Below, one piece after another: positions 1-10,139 of a stretch of 64,000 bases of DNA. The notes below the pieces were generated by a model. That model was given only the letters and a program-made list of their open reading frames with translations. It ran no database searches and had not been told where the DNA came from. Location: assembly GCA_019058245.1 (NCBI GenBank), contig JAHPZJ010000008.1:32001-96000 (forward strand), given 5' to 3'. Position numbers and translations under genes: made by a program. This DNA comes from Promethearchaeota archaeon. Its GTDB lineage: Archaea; Asgardarchaeota; Lokiarchaeia; Sigyniarchaeales; SOKP01. The stretch's first letter is position 1. Every line of letters starts with the position of its first letter.

Positions 1-588
1 TTTGGAATAGAATCTGTATTGGAAGGGGGCTATAACAAGAATAAAAATATAACTAATGAACATATAAAAGGAATGAATAATTTAGGAATTGGTACTTTTC
101 ATAATTTCATTTTAGGTCTAGAACACCATACTAAAGAATCAATTAACTTAGAAATAAAAAGAAATCTTGAATTCGATTCTGTATGGTTTTCAATAAATAC
201 TTTAAAACCACTTCCGAAAACAGATGTTTATATCAGATTAAAACGAGAAAATAGAATCTTTGGAGATGATATGCCTCCAGAATTCCTATATCGAGAAGGA
301 TATTTCCCATTCGAGCATCCATATTTAGGAGGGGGTTTTTCTGCTTTAAAATATGCATTTAAATCCTATTACGATTGTGAAAGGAAAATTCTGGATTCGT
401 ACTCACGATTTATAGAAACAATCTCAAAAATACCATCTTCAGAATCTTCGAATTTTATTAAATATATAAAATTTCTTTTTAAAGATATAAGTAAGAAAAA
501 TTATAAATTAACTAAACTAAGAATGCCTTCAAGTTTCGTCGAAAAATACCAAGAACATTATGAAAGAATATTTGCTACTAAAATTTAA
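1..588 (+). CDS. Radical SAM protein, C-terminal part (probably B12-binding class); gene starts before the window
   Basis: Frame is open from base 1 (FGIESVLEGG). GxES motif followed by ..FILGL..T.E and ..LKPLPKTD, typical of the radical SAM barrel C-terminal half. Confidence 0.7.
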   Translation, partial: FGIESVLEGGYNKNKNITNEHIKGMNNLGIGTFHNFILGLEHHTKESINLEIKRNLEFDSVWFSINTLKPLPKTDVYIRLKRENRIFGDDMPPEFLYREGYFPFEHPYLGGGFSALKYAFKSYYDCERKILDSYSRFIETISKIPSSESSNFIKYIKFLFKDISKKNYKLTKLRMPSSFVEKYQEHYERIFATKI

Positions 589-1608
589 TTATTCTGTTAT
601 AATTTCATATTTTTTTAAAAAATAACGTAATAAATCATACTCCATCCTATCTTCTGAAATCAAAGAAGAAAAAGAAGAAAAATCATTTTTAATTCTATTA
701 GGTATAATTATCCAATTTAGTCTACTAAATAATCTTAAAAGATCAGCTTTTAAATTTTGGTCTGAATTAATTAAAAGATCATCGATTATTTCTTCAATAA
801 TCTTTTTTCCATACTCATAATTTTTAAAACTAATAATCGCGTTTTCAAATTGTTCCATTCTAATCCACGTATGTACTTTTATATCATTTAGAAGAGTATG
901 AAAATTTAAGAATTTCTTTAAATTTTTTCTTAAAAGATTAATCCTTTTGTCCATACTAGCTTTAGGTTCATTTAGAAGAGACGTCTTTTTCAATGAAAAT
1001 TTTATATATCTTGGAGAATATAGGTAAGAAGTCAATTCGAATCCAAAAAGTCCACCTAATGCAATTAATCCTTTTGATTGTTCAAAATGAATATTTTCAT
1101 AAGTTCCACTATAAGTTAGGACAAATTCATTACCAAGAACTTCAATTTCAAATTGTTTTGTTAATTTATTTCCTAATAAAAAGTCTTTAAATTTATTGAA
1201 AAAATCTATAATTTTCTTTTCATCAAATCTCCCTTTTTTTAAGATGAGATCAATGTAATTCATCATAATAGAATATGATCCATCTTCATAATAATAATAT
1301 TTATTTAATTTTATATATTCTTCCTGTAATATTGTTATTTGCATATGCGAGTTTTTTTTTATATATTCTCTAAGGTCCATACTAAGAACTTTTTTAATAT
1401 CCTCGAAAGTTTTTCCCGATTCAAAAATCTCAATAAAAAAAACCAAGATTCTTCTTACAAGATCTGATAAATTTTTATAATCAATATTCTTATCTTTCTC
1501 TTTTAGAGAATCATAAATTTTCTTAAGTTTATATTTATTATATGGTGAAATAGCAAGATTTAGTCTTTCTGTTAATTTTTTTGATAAAAATTCTTCTGTT
1601 GCTTTCAT
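589..1608 (-). CDS. Hypothetical protein with N-terminal ribbon-helix-helix-like DNA-binding domain
   Basis: RLNLAISP...NLSDLVRRIL pattern resembles RHH (CopG/MetJ) proteins; rest not recognised. Confidence 0.45.
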   Translation of the reverse strand: MKATEEFLSKKLTERLNLAISPYNKYKLKKIYDSLKEKDKNIDYKNLSDLVRRILVFFIEIFESGKTFEDIKKVLSMDLREYIKKNSHMQITILQEEYIKLNKYYYYEDGSYSIMMNYIDLILKKGRFDEKKIIDFFNKFKDFLLGNKLTKQFEIEVLGNEFVLTYSGTYENIHFEQSKGLIALGGLFGFELTSYLYSPRYIKFSLKKTSLLNEPKASMDKRINLLRKNLKKFLNFHTLLNDIKVHTWIRMEQFENAIISFKNYEYGKKIIEEIIDDLLINSDQNLKADLLRLFSRLNWIIIPNRIKNDFSSFSSLISEDRMEYDLLRYFLKKYEIITE

Positions 1609-1853
1609 ATATCAATAATAAATGTCATATTTAAAAATTTATCTTAAACGGTAGATTATTTATCATTATTGAATTTATAACTTTTAAAACAATTATTGAG
1701 AAATGATTTCTCTCAGGAGTGAAAATAAATAAATATTTTAATTATTTCAAGTAGAACTCATTGTTTTTTATATCTTTTCGATTTAAAAAATTTCCTAAAT
1801 TTATTTAAATATATTGAAAATATGAGATTGTCACAAGATAAAAATTAGCTACC

Positions 1854-2117
1854 TTGGCAATTATGCTATCAATTAAATTTCCAAAATCTAAAAAAGACAA
1901 TGAAAAAATTATAAGATATAAATGTCCAAGTAGCCATATTTTGTCAAAATTATACTTATCTTTTTATATTTATAGAAGTGGATTAAATTATAAATTAATA
2001 AATAATAACCATATACAATTTGGTCATTATTATAGGTGCCCCGAATGCAATACCTTATATTATGAAGATGAATGGGAAGTTATAGATTTAAATAATAATA
2101 ATTTTGAATTTAAATAA
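1854..2117 (+). CDS. Small zinc-ribbon protein
   Basis: CPSSH and CPEC pairs; start may be ATG 1863. Confidence 0.5.
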   Translation: MAIMLSIKFPKSKKDNEKIIRYKCPSSHILSKLYLSFYIYRSGLNYKLINNNHIQFGHYYRCPECNTLYYEDEWEVIDLNNNNFEFK

Positions 2118-2135
2118 TTCTAGCGTAAAAAGAAA

Positions 2136-2357
2136 ATGTTCTGTATTCCAGAGAAGGAAAAGAAAAGAGAAAAGGAACCAATTTTCATTATAGAATATGA
2201 TAATATAAAAATGGGTAATATACAAAAAAAGAGATATAAACTTTCAGAAATATTATTATCTTCCATTAAGACGACAACAGATTTGTATAAAGCAATGGAA
2301 GAATATGAAAATAAGTATGAAAATATAAGAAAAATTACAGATAAAAGTATCATCTAG
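2136..2357 (+). CDS. Small hypothetical protein
   Basis: 73-aa ORF 18 bp after the previous gene; hydrophilic, genome-like composition. Confidence 0.4.
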   Translation: MFCIPEKEKKREKEPIFIIEYDNIKMGNIQKKRYKLSEILLSSIKTTTDLYKAMEEYENKYENIRKITDKSII

Positions 2358-2617
2358 TTTAAAAAGAGTTTTTCAAACAGAGTAAAAAAAAGAGGGGAGA
2401 ATTTAGAGGGTCGAATCCTTCACTCTGTGACATTCACAAAAAGATAAATAATTATATCTGTCTCATTTTAAAGATTAGAACTTTCTAAAGTAAGTTAAGA
2501 TTTGATTGAAAAATTTCAGGTAATTGATACGAAAGCACTATAGAGTATTATATGTCAATAATTTAATTATTCTTCTGAAAAGTATAGGTTAAGAAGAAAT
2601 AAGTAATAGCATGTTTT

Positions 2618-4204
2618 TTAATAGAATCTAATAGTATTTAGCATTACTTTAAGCTGATCAAAAATTTCTAATCGATATTCAAGTCCTATTTTAAAAAATA
2701 ATAAAGATACCATCTTTTGTTCAAGTAGTTCATTTACACTCAATTGTTCAAGTATTTGTGACCAATTAGTATTTTCAGAGACCCTAATACCTATTAGAAC
2801 AACACCATGTTCCTCTATATCGTTAATAATTTTTATTACAACCTCCTTCCATTTCGGATCAGAATGTTCTTTATTTCTGGCATCAAAAATGCAGAAAACC
2901 GCGTCAGAATCATTAACTTCGAGAGTCTCATATAAATAATTTTTCAATATTATACCATTTGAAAATCTATATATTTTTTCATCTTTACCGTCTTTAATTT
3001 TTTCAAGCTTATATTCAGAATTAATATCTAAAAGTATTTGAAAACCAGGACTCCAAAATTCATTTTCAGAGATAGATGTTAAAATTAATAATTTATCTAA
3101 ACTTAAACCTTGTTTTTTCCTTTTCTCTAATATCAAATTTATTTCTTCTAATAAATCTAACTTAACCCTATCCTCTTCATCCTCTTTGCTTTTCGTTATA
3201 TAATGATAAGCAATCAATGTAAAGGCATCTTCAACGTTTTCACCCGAAAGAGCACTTGTTTCTATATATGAAATCTTGATATTAGGTTTTTGAGATAGAG
3301 AATTAACTAAATTTACTCCATCTTGATATTCAATTCTTCTTTGATCTTTTAAATCTGTTTTATTTCCAATAATAATAATTGGAATTTCTTTACCACCAAT
3401 GAAATTTTCTAATTCTTCATACCAATTTTTTATATTCTCAAAAGATTCTCTATTAGTTAAATCAAAAACTATAAAAGCTGCTTGTGCACCTAAATAATAT
3501 GTCTGTCGAAAGCGTTTAAAAAAGGTTTGAGCTCCTACATCCCATAAACTATAAATAATCTGATTTCCAAAGAATTGAATTGAATGTGATAAAATATTAA
3601 GTCCAATTGTCGCTCTATAATCATGAGAAAATTTATTTTCCACAAATCGCCTCACTAATGAAGTTTTACCTACTTCATGATCACCTATAATTACAAATTT
3701 AAATCTAAATATTCCTCCTTCATCTAACCTCATTTGATAAATTTGATTTTTTACCCTTTCATAATGAGTTGCCTCATCAGTTTCATATTCGAAATTGGGG
3801 ATATTGAGCTGAATCTTATCACCTACTTCTGCATTTAAAATCTGTGATGATTTTTCTGCTAAAAGATAGGCATATGGACTTGCTTTATCGACAGAAGCTA
3901 AACTATTCAATACAACACTAAGAGTTCTACTTTCATCTAAAGAAATGAATAAAAATCTATATATATCAGCATCAAAACTCGCAGTTCCAAATTTTTTAAA
4001 CATAAATTCATCTCGAATTCTTTCAATAATAGGATTTATTATAGACGTTAAAACTGATACAATTTCCATATCAACATTACTCCTTTTTTTACCTGCAATT
4101 ACAAGCCCCTGTTTATCGCTAACAATTACTGCTTCTACATCACTATTACGTTCTAAGAATTGGGTAAATAGTTCCATAAAAAGTGCTTTTCTATTTATTG
4201 ACAT
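2618..4204 (-). CDS. Roadblock/LC7 + Rab-like small GTPase + degenerate GTPase-like C-terminal domain
   Basis: Roadblock VEAVIVSDKQGLVIA; G1 GDHEVGKTS, G2 ATIG, G3 DVGAQ, G4 NKTD, G5 TSAL; C-terminal DSDAVFCIFD / VVLIGIRV strands. Confidence 0.85.
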   Translation of the reverse strand: MSINRKALFMELFTQFLERNSDVEAVIVSDKQGLVIAGKKRSNVDMEIVSVLTSIINPIIERIRDEFMFKKFGTASFDADIYRFLFISLDESRTLSVVLNSLASVDKASPYAYLLAEKSSQILNAEVGDKIQLNIPNFEYETDEATHYERVKNQIYQMRLDEGGIFRFKFVIIGDHEVGKTSLVRRFVENKFSHDYRATIGLNILSHSIQFFGNQIIYSLWDVGAQTFFKRFRQTYYLGAQAAFIVFDLTNRESFENIKNWYEELENFIGGKEIPIIIIGNKTDLKDQRRIEYQDGVNLVNSLSQKPNIKISYIETSALSGENVEDAFTLIAYHYITKSKEDEEDRVKLDLLEEINLILEKRKKQGLSLDKLLILTSISENEFWSPGFQILLDINSEYKLEKIKDGKDEKIYRFSNGIILKNYLYETLEVNDSDAVFCIFDARNKEHSDPKWKEVVIKIINDIEEHGVVLIGIRVSENTNWSQILEQLSVNELLEQKMVSLLFFKIGLEYRLEIFDQLKVMLNTIRFY

Positions 4205-4390
4205 GAATTTTTAGACTCCAGATAATTTATTTACTGGTTAAATAGTTTTTATCCTTATAATAAAGCTAGTGTTTTTAAGATTTATTAAATCGTTGTTTGG
4301 AAAAACATATGTTTAAAACTTCTGATTTTGTTAATTTATTATACTTGACTTTGACTACTGCAAATCTTAATAAATTAAAATATAAGAATT

Positions 4391-4975
4391 ATGCCCTCTT
4401 GTATAATTTGCCATTTAAACGTTGATGAAAATACAGATTCCCATTATACCTGTAATAATGGTCATCCAGTTCATAGATATTGTCTAGCGGAATGGTTAAT
4501 GCATTCGCAAAATTGTCCCTTATGTAGTGAACCTTATTCTCAAAATTTAATTAATCAATTTAAAGATTATATGGAAAAAAAGGAACAAGAAAAACAAGAA
4601 GCTTTAGATAAGAAATTAGAATTAGAAACGATAAAAAAAATGCAAGAAGCTACCAAAAAAATTATATTTCAGAAATATTTTGAGATTAATGAAAAACAAC
4701 TTAAGCAAGGGCAATATGAAGAAGTAATTGAAAAACTCTTAAATCGATATGACGAAAATTCTGTTGATGAAAATAATTTAAAAGTTCTCTTTTTGTTAGG
4801 AAAAGCAAACTATTTAAAAGGACGATATGATTTAGCAATAAATTTTTTATTTAAATTAGTTAAAATTAAATTTGACTATCCTGATGGATTTTTATATTTA
4901 GGAAAAGCATATGAAAAATTAGGACTTAAAGATAAAGCCCAATGGGCTTATGATCGCGTCAAAGAAAGTAAATAG
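4391..4975 (+). CDS. RING-H2 finger + TPR protein (putative E3 ligase)
   Basis: CIIC-x13-C-x3-H-x2-H-x2-C..W..CPLC RING-H2 ligand set; coiled linker; C-terminal TPRs (LGKANYLKGRYDLA, LGKAYEKLG). Confidence 0.8.
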   Translation: MPSCIICHLNVDENTDSHYTCNNGHPVHRYCLAEWLMHSQNCPLCSEPYSQNLINQFKDYMEKKEQEKQEALDKKLELETIKKMQEATKKIIFQKYFEINEKQLKQGQYEEVIEKLLNRYDENSVDENNLKVLFLLGKANYLKGRYDLAINFLFKLVKIKFDYPDGFLYLGKAYEKLGLKDKAQWAYDRVKESK

Positions 4976-5003
4976 ATTTATTCTTTTTTTACCTATATAT
5001 CTT

Positions 5004-6407
5004 ATGAAACCTATTTGTTTAACAATAGCTGGTGCTGATCCTACTTCTGGTGCAGGAATTCAAGCAGATATCAGAACTTTTGACAGATGTGGTGTTCATC
5101 CTTTTTCTGTAATTACTGCAATTACATTTCAAACAGCTAACAAACTTTTTGGGTATAAATCATTATCAGATGATTTAGAAAGTCAATTGGATGCACTATT
5201 AACAACATATCCGATTAAATATACAAAAATCGGAATGGTTCCAGATTTTAAAACATTAGATATAATTATTAAATATATTAAAAAATATAATTTTGAGATA
5301 GTATTTGATCCTGTTTCAATTTCTAGTGCAGGAGGAAGGCTTTCTAGCGAAGGTTTAGAAATAGAAATTGAAAAAAAATTATTTCCATATGTTAAAATCA
5401 TTACACCAAATAAATCTGAGGCGATTTATTATTCAAATAGAGAGATATATAACACAAGCGAAGAAAATATCGATAATCTTAAAAAAGTAGCTGAAATATT
5501 ACTTAAAAAGCTGTATGGAGATGAAAATTCTCAAAATATTGAAAAAGCTGTTGTAATTAAAAGTGCAATAAGTAGTCACGATGAAGTAATGGACTTAGTC
5601 TTAATTAATAGGAAAAAAAATGATCATTTAGAAAAAGAGTTTCAAACGTTCAAAAAAAATAAAATTCCAGTTAAAGGAAATATTCACGGCACGGGTTGTG
5701 TTTTTTCTTCTGCGATTACCGCATTTTTAGCTAAACAATATTCAATAAAAAAAGCTATTAGCAAAGCAGAATCTTTTTTTAATGAAAAATTTCAAAATTT
5801 TATTCAAATTCCAAAAGAAGGCAAAATCATCGATTTGACTATTCCCGATGAGCATTTAAAAGTAATTAATCAAATAAAACAAATTTATAATTTTATCGCT
5901 CCACTGAAAAAATTTAGCAATCTAATCCCTGAAGTGCGAATGAATATATCTTGTTCACTACCAAATGCGAAATCAAAAACCGATATTGCGGGAGTTGATG
6001 GCAGAATTACAGTTCGTGATGGATATCCTTATGCTTCAGGAGATATTAGTTTTGGTGTTTCTAACCATACTGCTAGATTACTTCTTACAGCAAAAAAGTT
6101 TGATAATTCAGTAAATATAGTAATGAATTTAAAATATAATCCTGAATGGATCAAAGCACTTCAAAATACCACAGATCTTGAACTTCAAGAAATTCATAGA
6201 GAACTTCAACCTAATAAGATTATGATTAAGGAAGAATCTACAATGCAATGGATAATTAAGGAAAGTCTAAGAAATTTAGGAGAAATTCCAGACATTATAT
6301 GGGATAAGGGTTCAATGGGTAAAGAACCTATGATGAGGCTCTTTGGAAAAAGATCAGAAGATATAATTAAGAAATTGAAGTTAATTATAGAAACTATAAA
6401 AATATAA
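5004..6407 (+). CDS. thiDN: Bifunctional HMP/HMP-P kinase - thiamine-phosphate synthase (ThiD-ThiN)
   Basis: LTIAGADPTSGAGIQAD, KIGM, ITPN, HGTGC; ThiN domain LIPEVRMN, FGVSNHTAR, GKEPM. Start moved to ATG 5004 (MKPICL). Confidence 0.92.
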   Translation: MKPICLTIAGADPTSGAGIQADIRTFDRCGVHPFSVITAITFQTANKLFGYKSLSDDLESQLDALLTTYPIKYTKIGMVPDFKTLDIIIKYIKKYNFEIVFDPVSISSAGGRLSSEGLEIEIEKKLFPYVKIITPNKSEAIYYSNREIYNTSEENIDNLKKVAEILLKKLYGDENSQNIEKAVVIKSAISSHDEVMDLVLINRKKNDHLEKEFQTFKKNKIPVKGNIHGTGCVFSSAITAFLAKQYSIKKAISKAESFFNEKFQNFIQIPKEGKIIDLTIPDEHLKVINQIKQIYNFIAPLKKFSNLIPEVRMNISCSLPNAKSKTDIAGVDGRITVRDGYPYASGDISFGVSNHTARLLLTAKKFDNSVNIVMNLKYNPEWIKALQNTTDLELQEIHRELQPNKIMIKEESTMQWIIKESLRNLGEIPDIIWDKGSMGKEPMMRLFGKRSEDIIKKLKLIIETIKI

Positions 6408-6462
6408 ATAGTACTAAACTATGTCCAAACACATAAGGTGTTAAATAAAAATAAGAAATCTC

Positions 6463-7779
6463 TCACTTCTTAGATTTTTTTTTGTTTTCCAAAGCTTCTT
6501 TTAATAATTTTATCGCACAAAAATCTCCACACATAGAACATTCATCATCTTCTTGAGTAGCACCATTTCGATAATGTACTTGTCGGGATAATTCAGGATC
6601 AATTGATTGATTTATCATTTCTTCCCAGTTGAGGTTTTTTCGAGCAATATCCATTCTATAATCCCAGTCTGAGACTTTTTTACCGTATTTAGCTATATTT
6701 ACAGCATGAGCAGCAATTTTTGAGGCAATTACACCGTGTTTTACTTCCTCTCTATTTGGTAAGGCTAAGTGTTCTGAAGGAGTTACATAACATAAATAAT
6801 CTGCACCCGCTAAACCTGCTATAACTCCTCCAATAGCGCTGACAAGATGGTCATAGCCAGGAGCAATATCAGTAACTAAAGGTCCTAATACATAAAATGG
6901 CGCCTCATCACATATTGATTTTTGAATTTTAACATTTCTTTCAATTTCATTGGCAGGAATATGTCCAGGTCCTTCGACCATTACTTGAATATTTGACGCT
7001 CTTGCTCTTTTCACGAGTTTAGAAATTTCAATTAATTCTTGTATTTGAGAATAATCTGTAGAATCAAAAATCGCTCCTGGTCTAAATCCATCTCCTAATG
7101 AAAGCGTAAAATCATATTCTCTTGCTAAATCTAATAAATAGTCATAATTACGATTAAAAGGATTCTCACTATCATTTTCTAAAATCCAAGAGGCTAAAAA
7201 TGTTCCTCCTCTCGATACGATTCCCATTGTCCTTGGATGATCAACTAAATAATTTACAATTTCTTTTGTTACGCCTACATGAATGGTAAAGAAGTCTACG
7301 CCTTCTTTTGCTTGCTCTTCAACAACGTGGAACATATCATCTTCATCCATATGGATAATTGCTCCCTTATTTTCAATAGCACGTAAACCAGATTGATAGA
7401 TTGGAACTGTTCCAAGAGGAACTTTTATTTCATTAAGAATTCTTTTTCGAATAGTCTGAACATCTTTTTCAGTAATTCCTGTACTTAAATCCATAACTGT
7501 ATCTGATCCATATTTAACCGCGATTCTAGCTTTTTCAATCTCTTCTTCAACATTACATACTGTTTTAGAAGAACCAATATTCGCATTAATTTTCACAAGT
7601 AGTCCTTTCCCAATACCTATAGGAGGATCTAATTCTCTTCTATTCGATTTAGGGATAACTATTCTTCCATTTTCGATTCCTTTTCTTATAAATTCAACAT
7701 CTACCTGCTCGTTAGTAGCAACTATTTCCATTTCTTTAGTAATTTTTCCATTTTTGGCAATTTTCATCAATGTGGACAA
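6463..7779 (-). CDS. thiC: Phosphomethylpyrimidine synthase
   Basis: KINANIG, MDLSTG, GTVPIYQ, VSRGG, LGDGFRPG, EGPGH, YVTPSEHL, CSMCGDFC. Confidence 0.97.
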   Translation of the reverse strand: MSTLMKIAKNGKITKEMEIVATNEQVDVEFIRKGIENGRIVIPKSNRRELDPPIGIGKGLLVKINANIGSSKTVCNVEEEIEKARIAVKYGSDTVMDLSTGITEKDVQTIRKRILNEIKVPLGTVPIYQSGLRAIENKGAIIHMDEDDMFHVVEEQAKEGVDFFTIHVGVTKEIVNYLVDHPRTMGIVSRGGTFLASWILENDSENPFNRNYDYLLDLAREYDFTLSLGDGFRPGAIFDSTDYSQIQELIEISKLVKRARASNIQVMVEGPGHIPANEIERNVKIQKSICDEAPFYVLGPLVTDIAPGYDHLVSAIGGVIAGLAGADYLCYVTPSEHLALPNREEVKHGVIASKIAAHAVNIAKYGKKVSDWDYRMDIARKNLNWEEMINQSIDPELSRQVHYRNGATQEDDECSMCGDFCAIKLLKEALENKKKSKK

Positions 7780-7969
7780 ATTATTGAACCTTTAAATGAT
7801 TTCTTTTTCCTATATCATTAAATTGTACTCTATAACATTATAATATTGTTAAAATTATATTTTTTTGTTTTATGAACTAAAATAGTTGATGATTAGAAAA
7901 ACTAAAAGCAAAGAAAATTTGAAATTAATATCAATTTGGATAATATAGGGTAAATATCAAATCCACAAA

Positions 7970-9394
7970 TTATTTAGAATGAGTGATAAGATATTCTCTA
8001 AATGTACACATCTTATCTAAAGCCTTAGCTAATAAATCCACTGACTCGAATACTGGAATGTTTAATTTAAATAGCTCTCTTTTGAAAAGTATTTTATCAG
8101 CAAAATCGCTCGTATCATCTATAACTTTATATGCTAAACAAATTAGTGGTTTTTTCATCTTCTTATAAGCTCGCTTAATAGTTTCAAGATACTCATGACC
8201 ATATCTATGGGTTTTAATGAAAATTACTCCAGAGATATTAGGATCAGAATCCAAGGTTATTAGAGTTCTATAGAATATTTCTGAGTTATTCATACTTCCA
8301 CCTAGATCCAGAGGATTTCGAAAAATTGTATTCACATCAGGAACAAATTCTCTAAATTCCTCAACCGTTTGGGGTGATAATTTAGGCACTCTTAAATTAT
8401 TTCTTTCAAAAATATCAGTAGTTTCAATTGAAGCACCACCTCCTCCCGTAGTAATTGCCACATTTCTATCCAGAGGTTTGTTGCTGATATGTTGAAATAA
8501 CATTGCTAAATTAATTAATTCAGTTGAATTATTTACAATTAAGGCACCAGTTTGTTTAGCCACAGCATCCCATATTTTTAAAGATCCTGCTAAACCCCCA
8601 GTATGGGACATGATTGTTTCTCTTGTAGCCTCTCCACTACCTACTTTCCAAAGGATAACAGGCTTTCCCTTCAATGTTAATTCCTTAACAACTTTCATAA
8701 ATTTTCTACCAATGTCTATACTTTTAATATTTTCAACGTAGAGCCCAACAATTTTTGTCTCCATATCATGTAAAAAATATTGCAAGAAATCTACGAAATT
8801 TAAATCGATTTGATTTCCAATTGATACAACTTTGCTAGGATATGTACCATAGACTGATTGCGCTTTTGCTGAAATATGAATTGCTAAACCTCCAGATTGA
8901 AAAATACCTGCAAAATTACCAGATTGATTAGTTAAAAGTGTACGTGAAAATGAAACATGATTTTTAGGGATAAAAGTCCCTAGACAATTTGGTCCAATTA
9001 TTCGAATTTTATATTTTCTTGCAATTTCAAGAACCTCTACCTCTAAATGACGATTTCCTACCTCTGAAAATCCTGATGCAAAAATAGTAACAAATGGGAC
9101 ACTTTTCTTTCCACATTCTTCTAAGACCAGCGGACAGATTCTTGCAGGAACCGCAAGTATGACATAATCAAGAGATTCTTCTTCGGGAACCTCCAAAATA
9201 GAACCATAAACAGGAATATCCATAATAATGCGCCCTTTTAAGTTTGGATTTACCAGATAAATAGGCTTCTCATAACCAATATTTAAAAGAGCTTCAATAA
9301 AAAAAGTCCCTGCGGATTTTTCATTGGCACCTATTATAGTTATACAGCTAGGATTGAACAATCTTTCGAAATCAGTCATCACAAAACATATCAA
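7970..9394 (-). CDS. ADP-forming acyl-CoA synthetase alpha subunit-like CoA-binding protein
   Basis: LFNP..I.IIGA, SGFSE, IGPNCLG, QSGG, SIGNQ, phospho-His motif SHTGGLAG, NPLD. Confidence 0.88.
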   Translation of the reverse strand: MICFVMTDFERLFNPSCITIIGANEKSAGTFFIEALLNIGYEKPIYLVNPNLKGRIIMDIPVYGSILEVPEEESLDYVILAVPARICPLVLEECGKKSVPFVTIFASGFSEVGNRHLEVEVLEIARKYKIRIIGPNCLGTFIPKNHVSFSRTLLTNQSGNFAGIFQSGGLAIHISAKAQSVYGTYPSKVVSIGNQIDLNFVDFLQYFLHDMETKIVGLYVENIKSIDIGRKFMKVVKELTLKGKPVILWKVGSGEATRETIMSHTGGLAGSLKIWDAVAKQTGALIVNNSTELINLAMLFQHISNKPLDRNVAITTGGGGASIETTDIFERNNLRVPKLSPQTVEEFREFVPDVNTIFRNPLDLGGSMNNSEIFYRTLITLDSDPNISGVIFIKTHRYGHEYLETIKRAYKKMKKPLICLAYKVIDDTSDFADKILFKRELFKLNIPVFESVDLLAKALDKMCTFREYLITHSK

Positions 9395-9668
9395 TTTTGA
9401 TTTAGAATTACTAAAATCAAAAAAATGAATAAAGTTAAAACTTTGCTTATTTTTTTTTGTTATATCAATCCTAACAACAAAAATTTATTTTTTTATCAGA
9501 AAAATCAAAGTGAACTACACCAAACCTAAAAATCGTGATATACTACAAGTATGCAACTATTCCTAATACGGGTTAGTCTTTATGTCTTAAATAACCTACG
9601 AAATATTCTCTTTAAATCAAAATTAAATTAAAGTTAAATAAATAATTTTATTTGGTGGATTAAGATTA

Positions 9669-9989
9669 TTAGGGCATCCTTTTTCCTATCACAGTCATAG
9701 CTTCTTCTACAGTTGCCCAAACTTCAATTGAATATTCAAATCCTTCAATACTTTGGAACATCGCCATTTGAGTGCGAGCACGAGTTAGAGCTTCTTCCAG
9801 TTTTCCTTCCTTAACCTTACTGATACCAAGGGTTTTTATCCCTTCAGAACCTGTTTTTACTGCAGCAGGGACAATCTCTTCAACCAAAGATTCATCTACA
9901 GGAAATTTATTTAACATTTCAAGATAAACTTTAACAACTTCTTCGGTCTTATGGCTAGGATACCAAGTATATACAAAAATATATGTCAT
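9669..9989 (-). CDS. Small hypothetical protein (alpha/beta, possibly dimeric barrel)
   Basis: Clean 106-aa ORF with GAGGT SD; no catalytic motif recognised. Confidence 0.6.
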   Translation of the reverse strand: MTYIFVYTWYPSHKTEEVVKVYLEMLNKFPVDESLVEEIVPAAVKTGSEGIKTLGISKVKEGKLEEALTRARTQMAMFQSIEGFEYSIEVWATVEEAMTVIGKRMP

Positions 9990-10139
9990 AATTTACCTCT
10001 TTTAAATTTTATTTTAAATAATTTGAATTCGATGTGATTAATACTATGATTTTTTATTATAAAAATCCTTACATTTTTGTATAGAAAATGGTCTTATGAA
10101 TATGAAAAAAGAATGGACGGTTTTAATAAATCATAGGTT

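Noticed and set aside
4950-5003. Longer thiDN start
   Set aside because: Overlaps the RING-TPR gene; ThiD similarity begins at MKPICL
7780-7969. TPP riboswitch upstream of thiC
   Set aside because: Region is almost pure A/T with no CTGAGA core or paired stems
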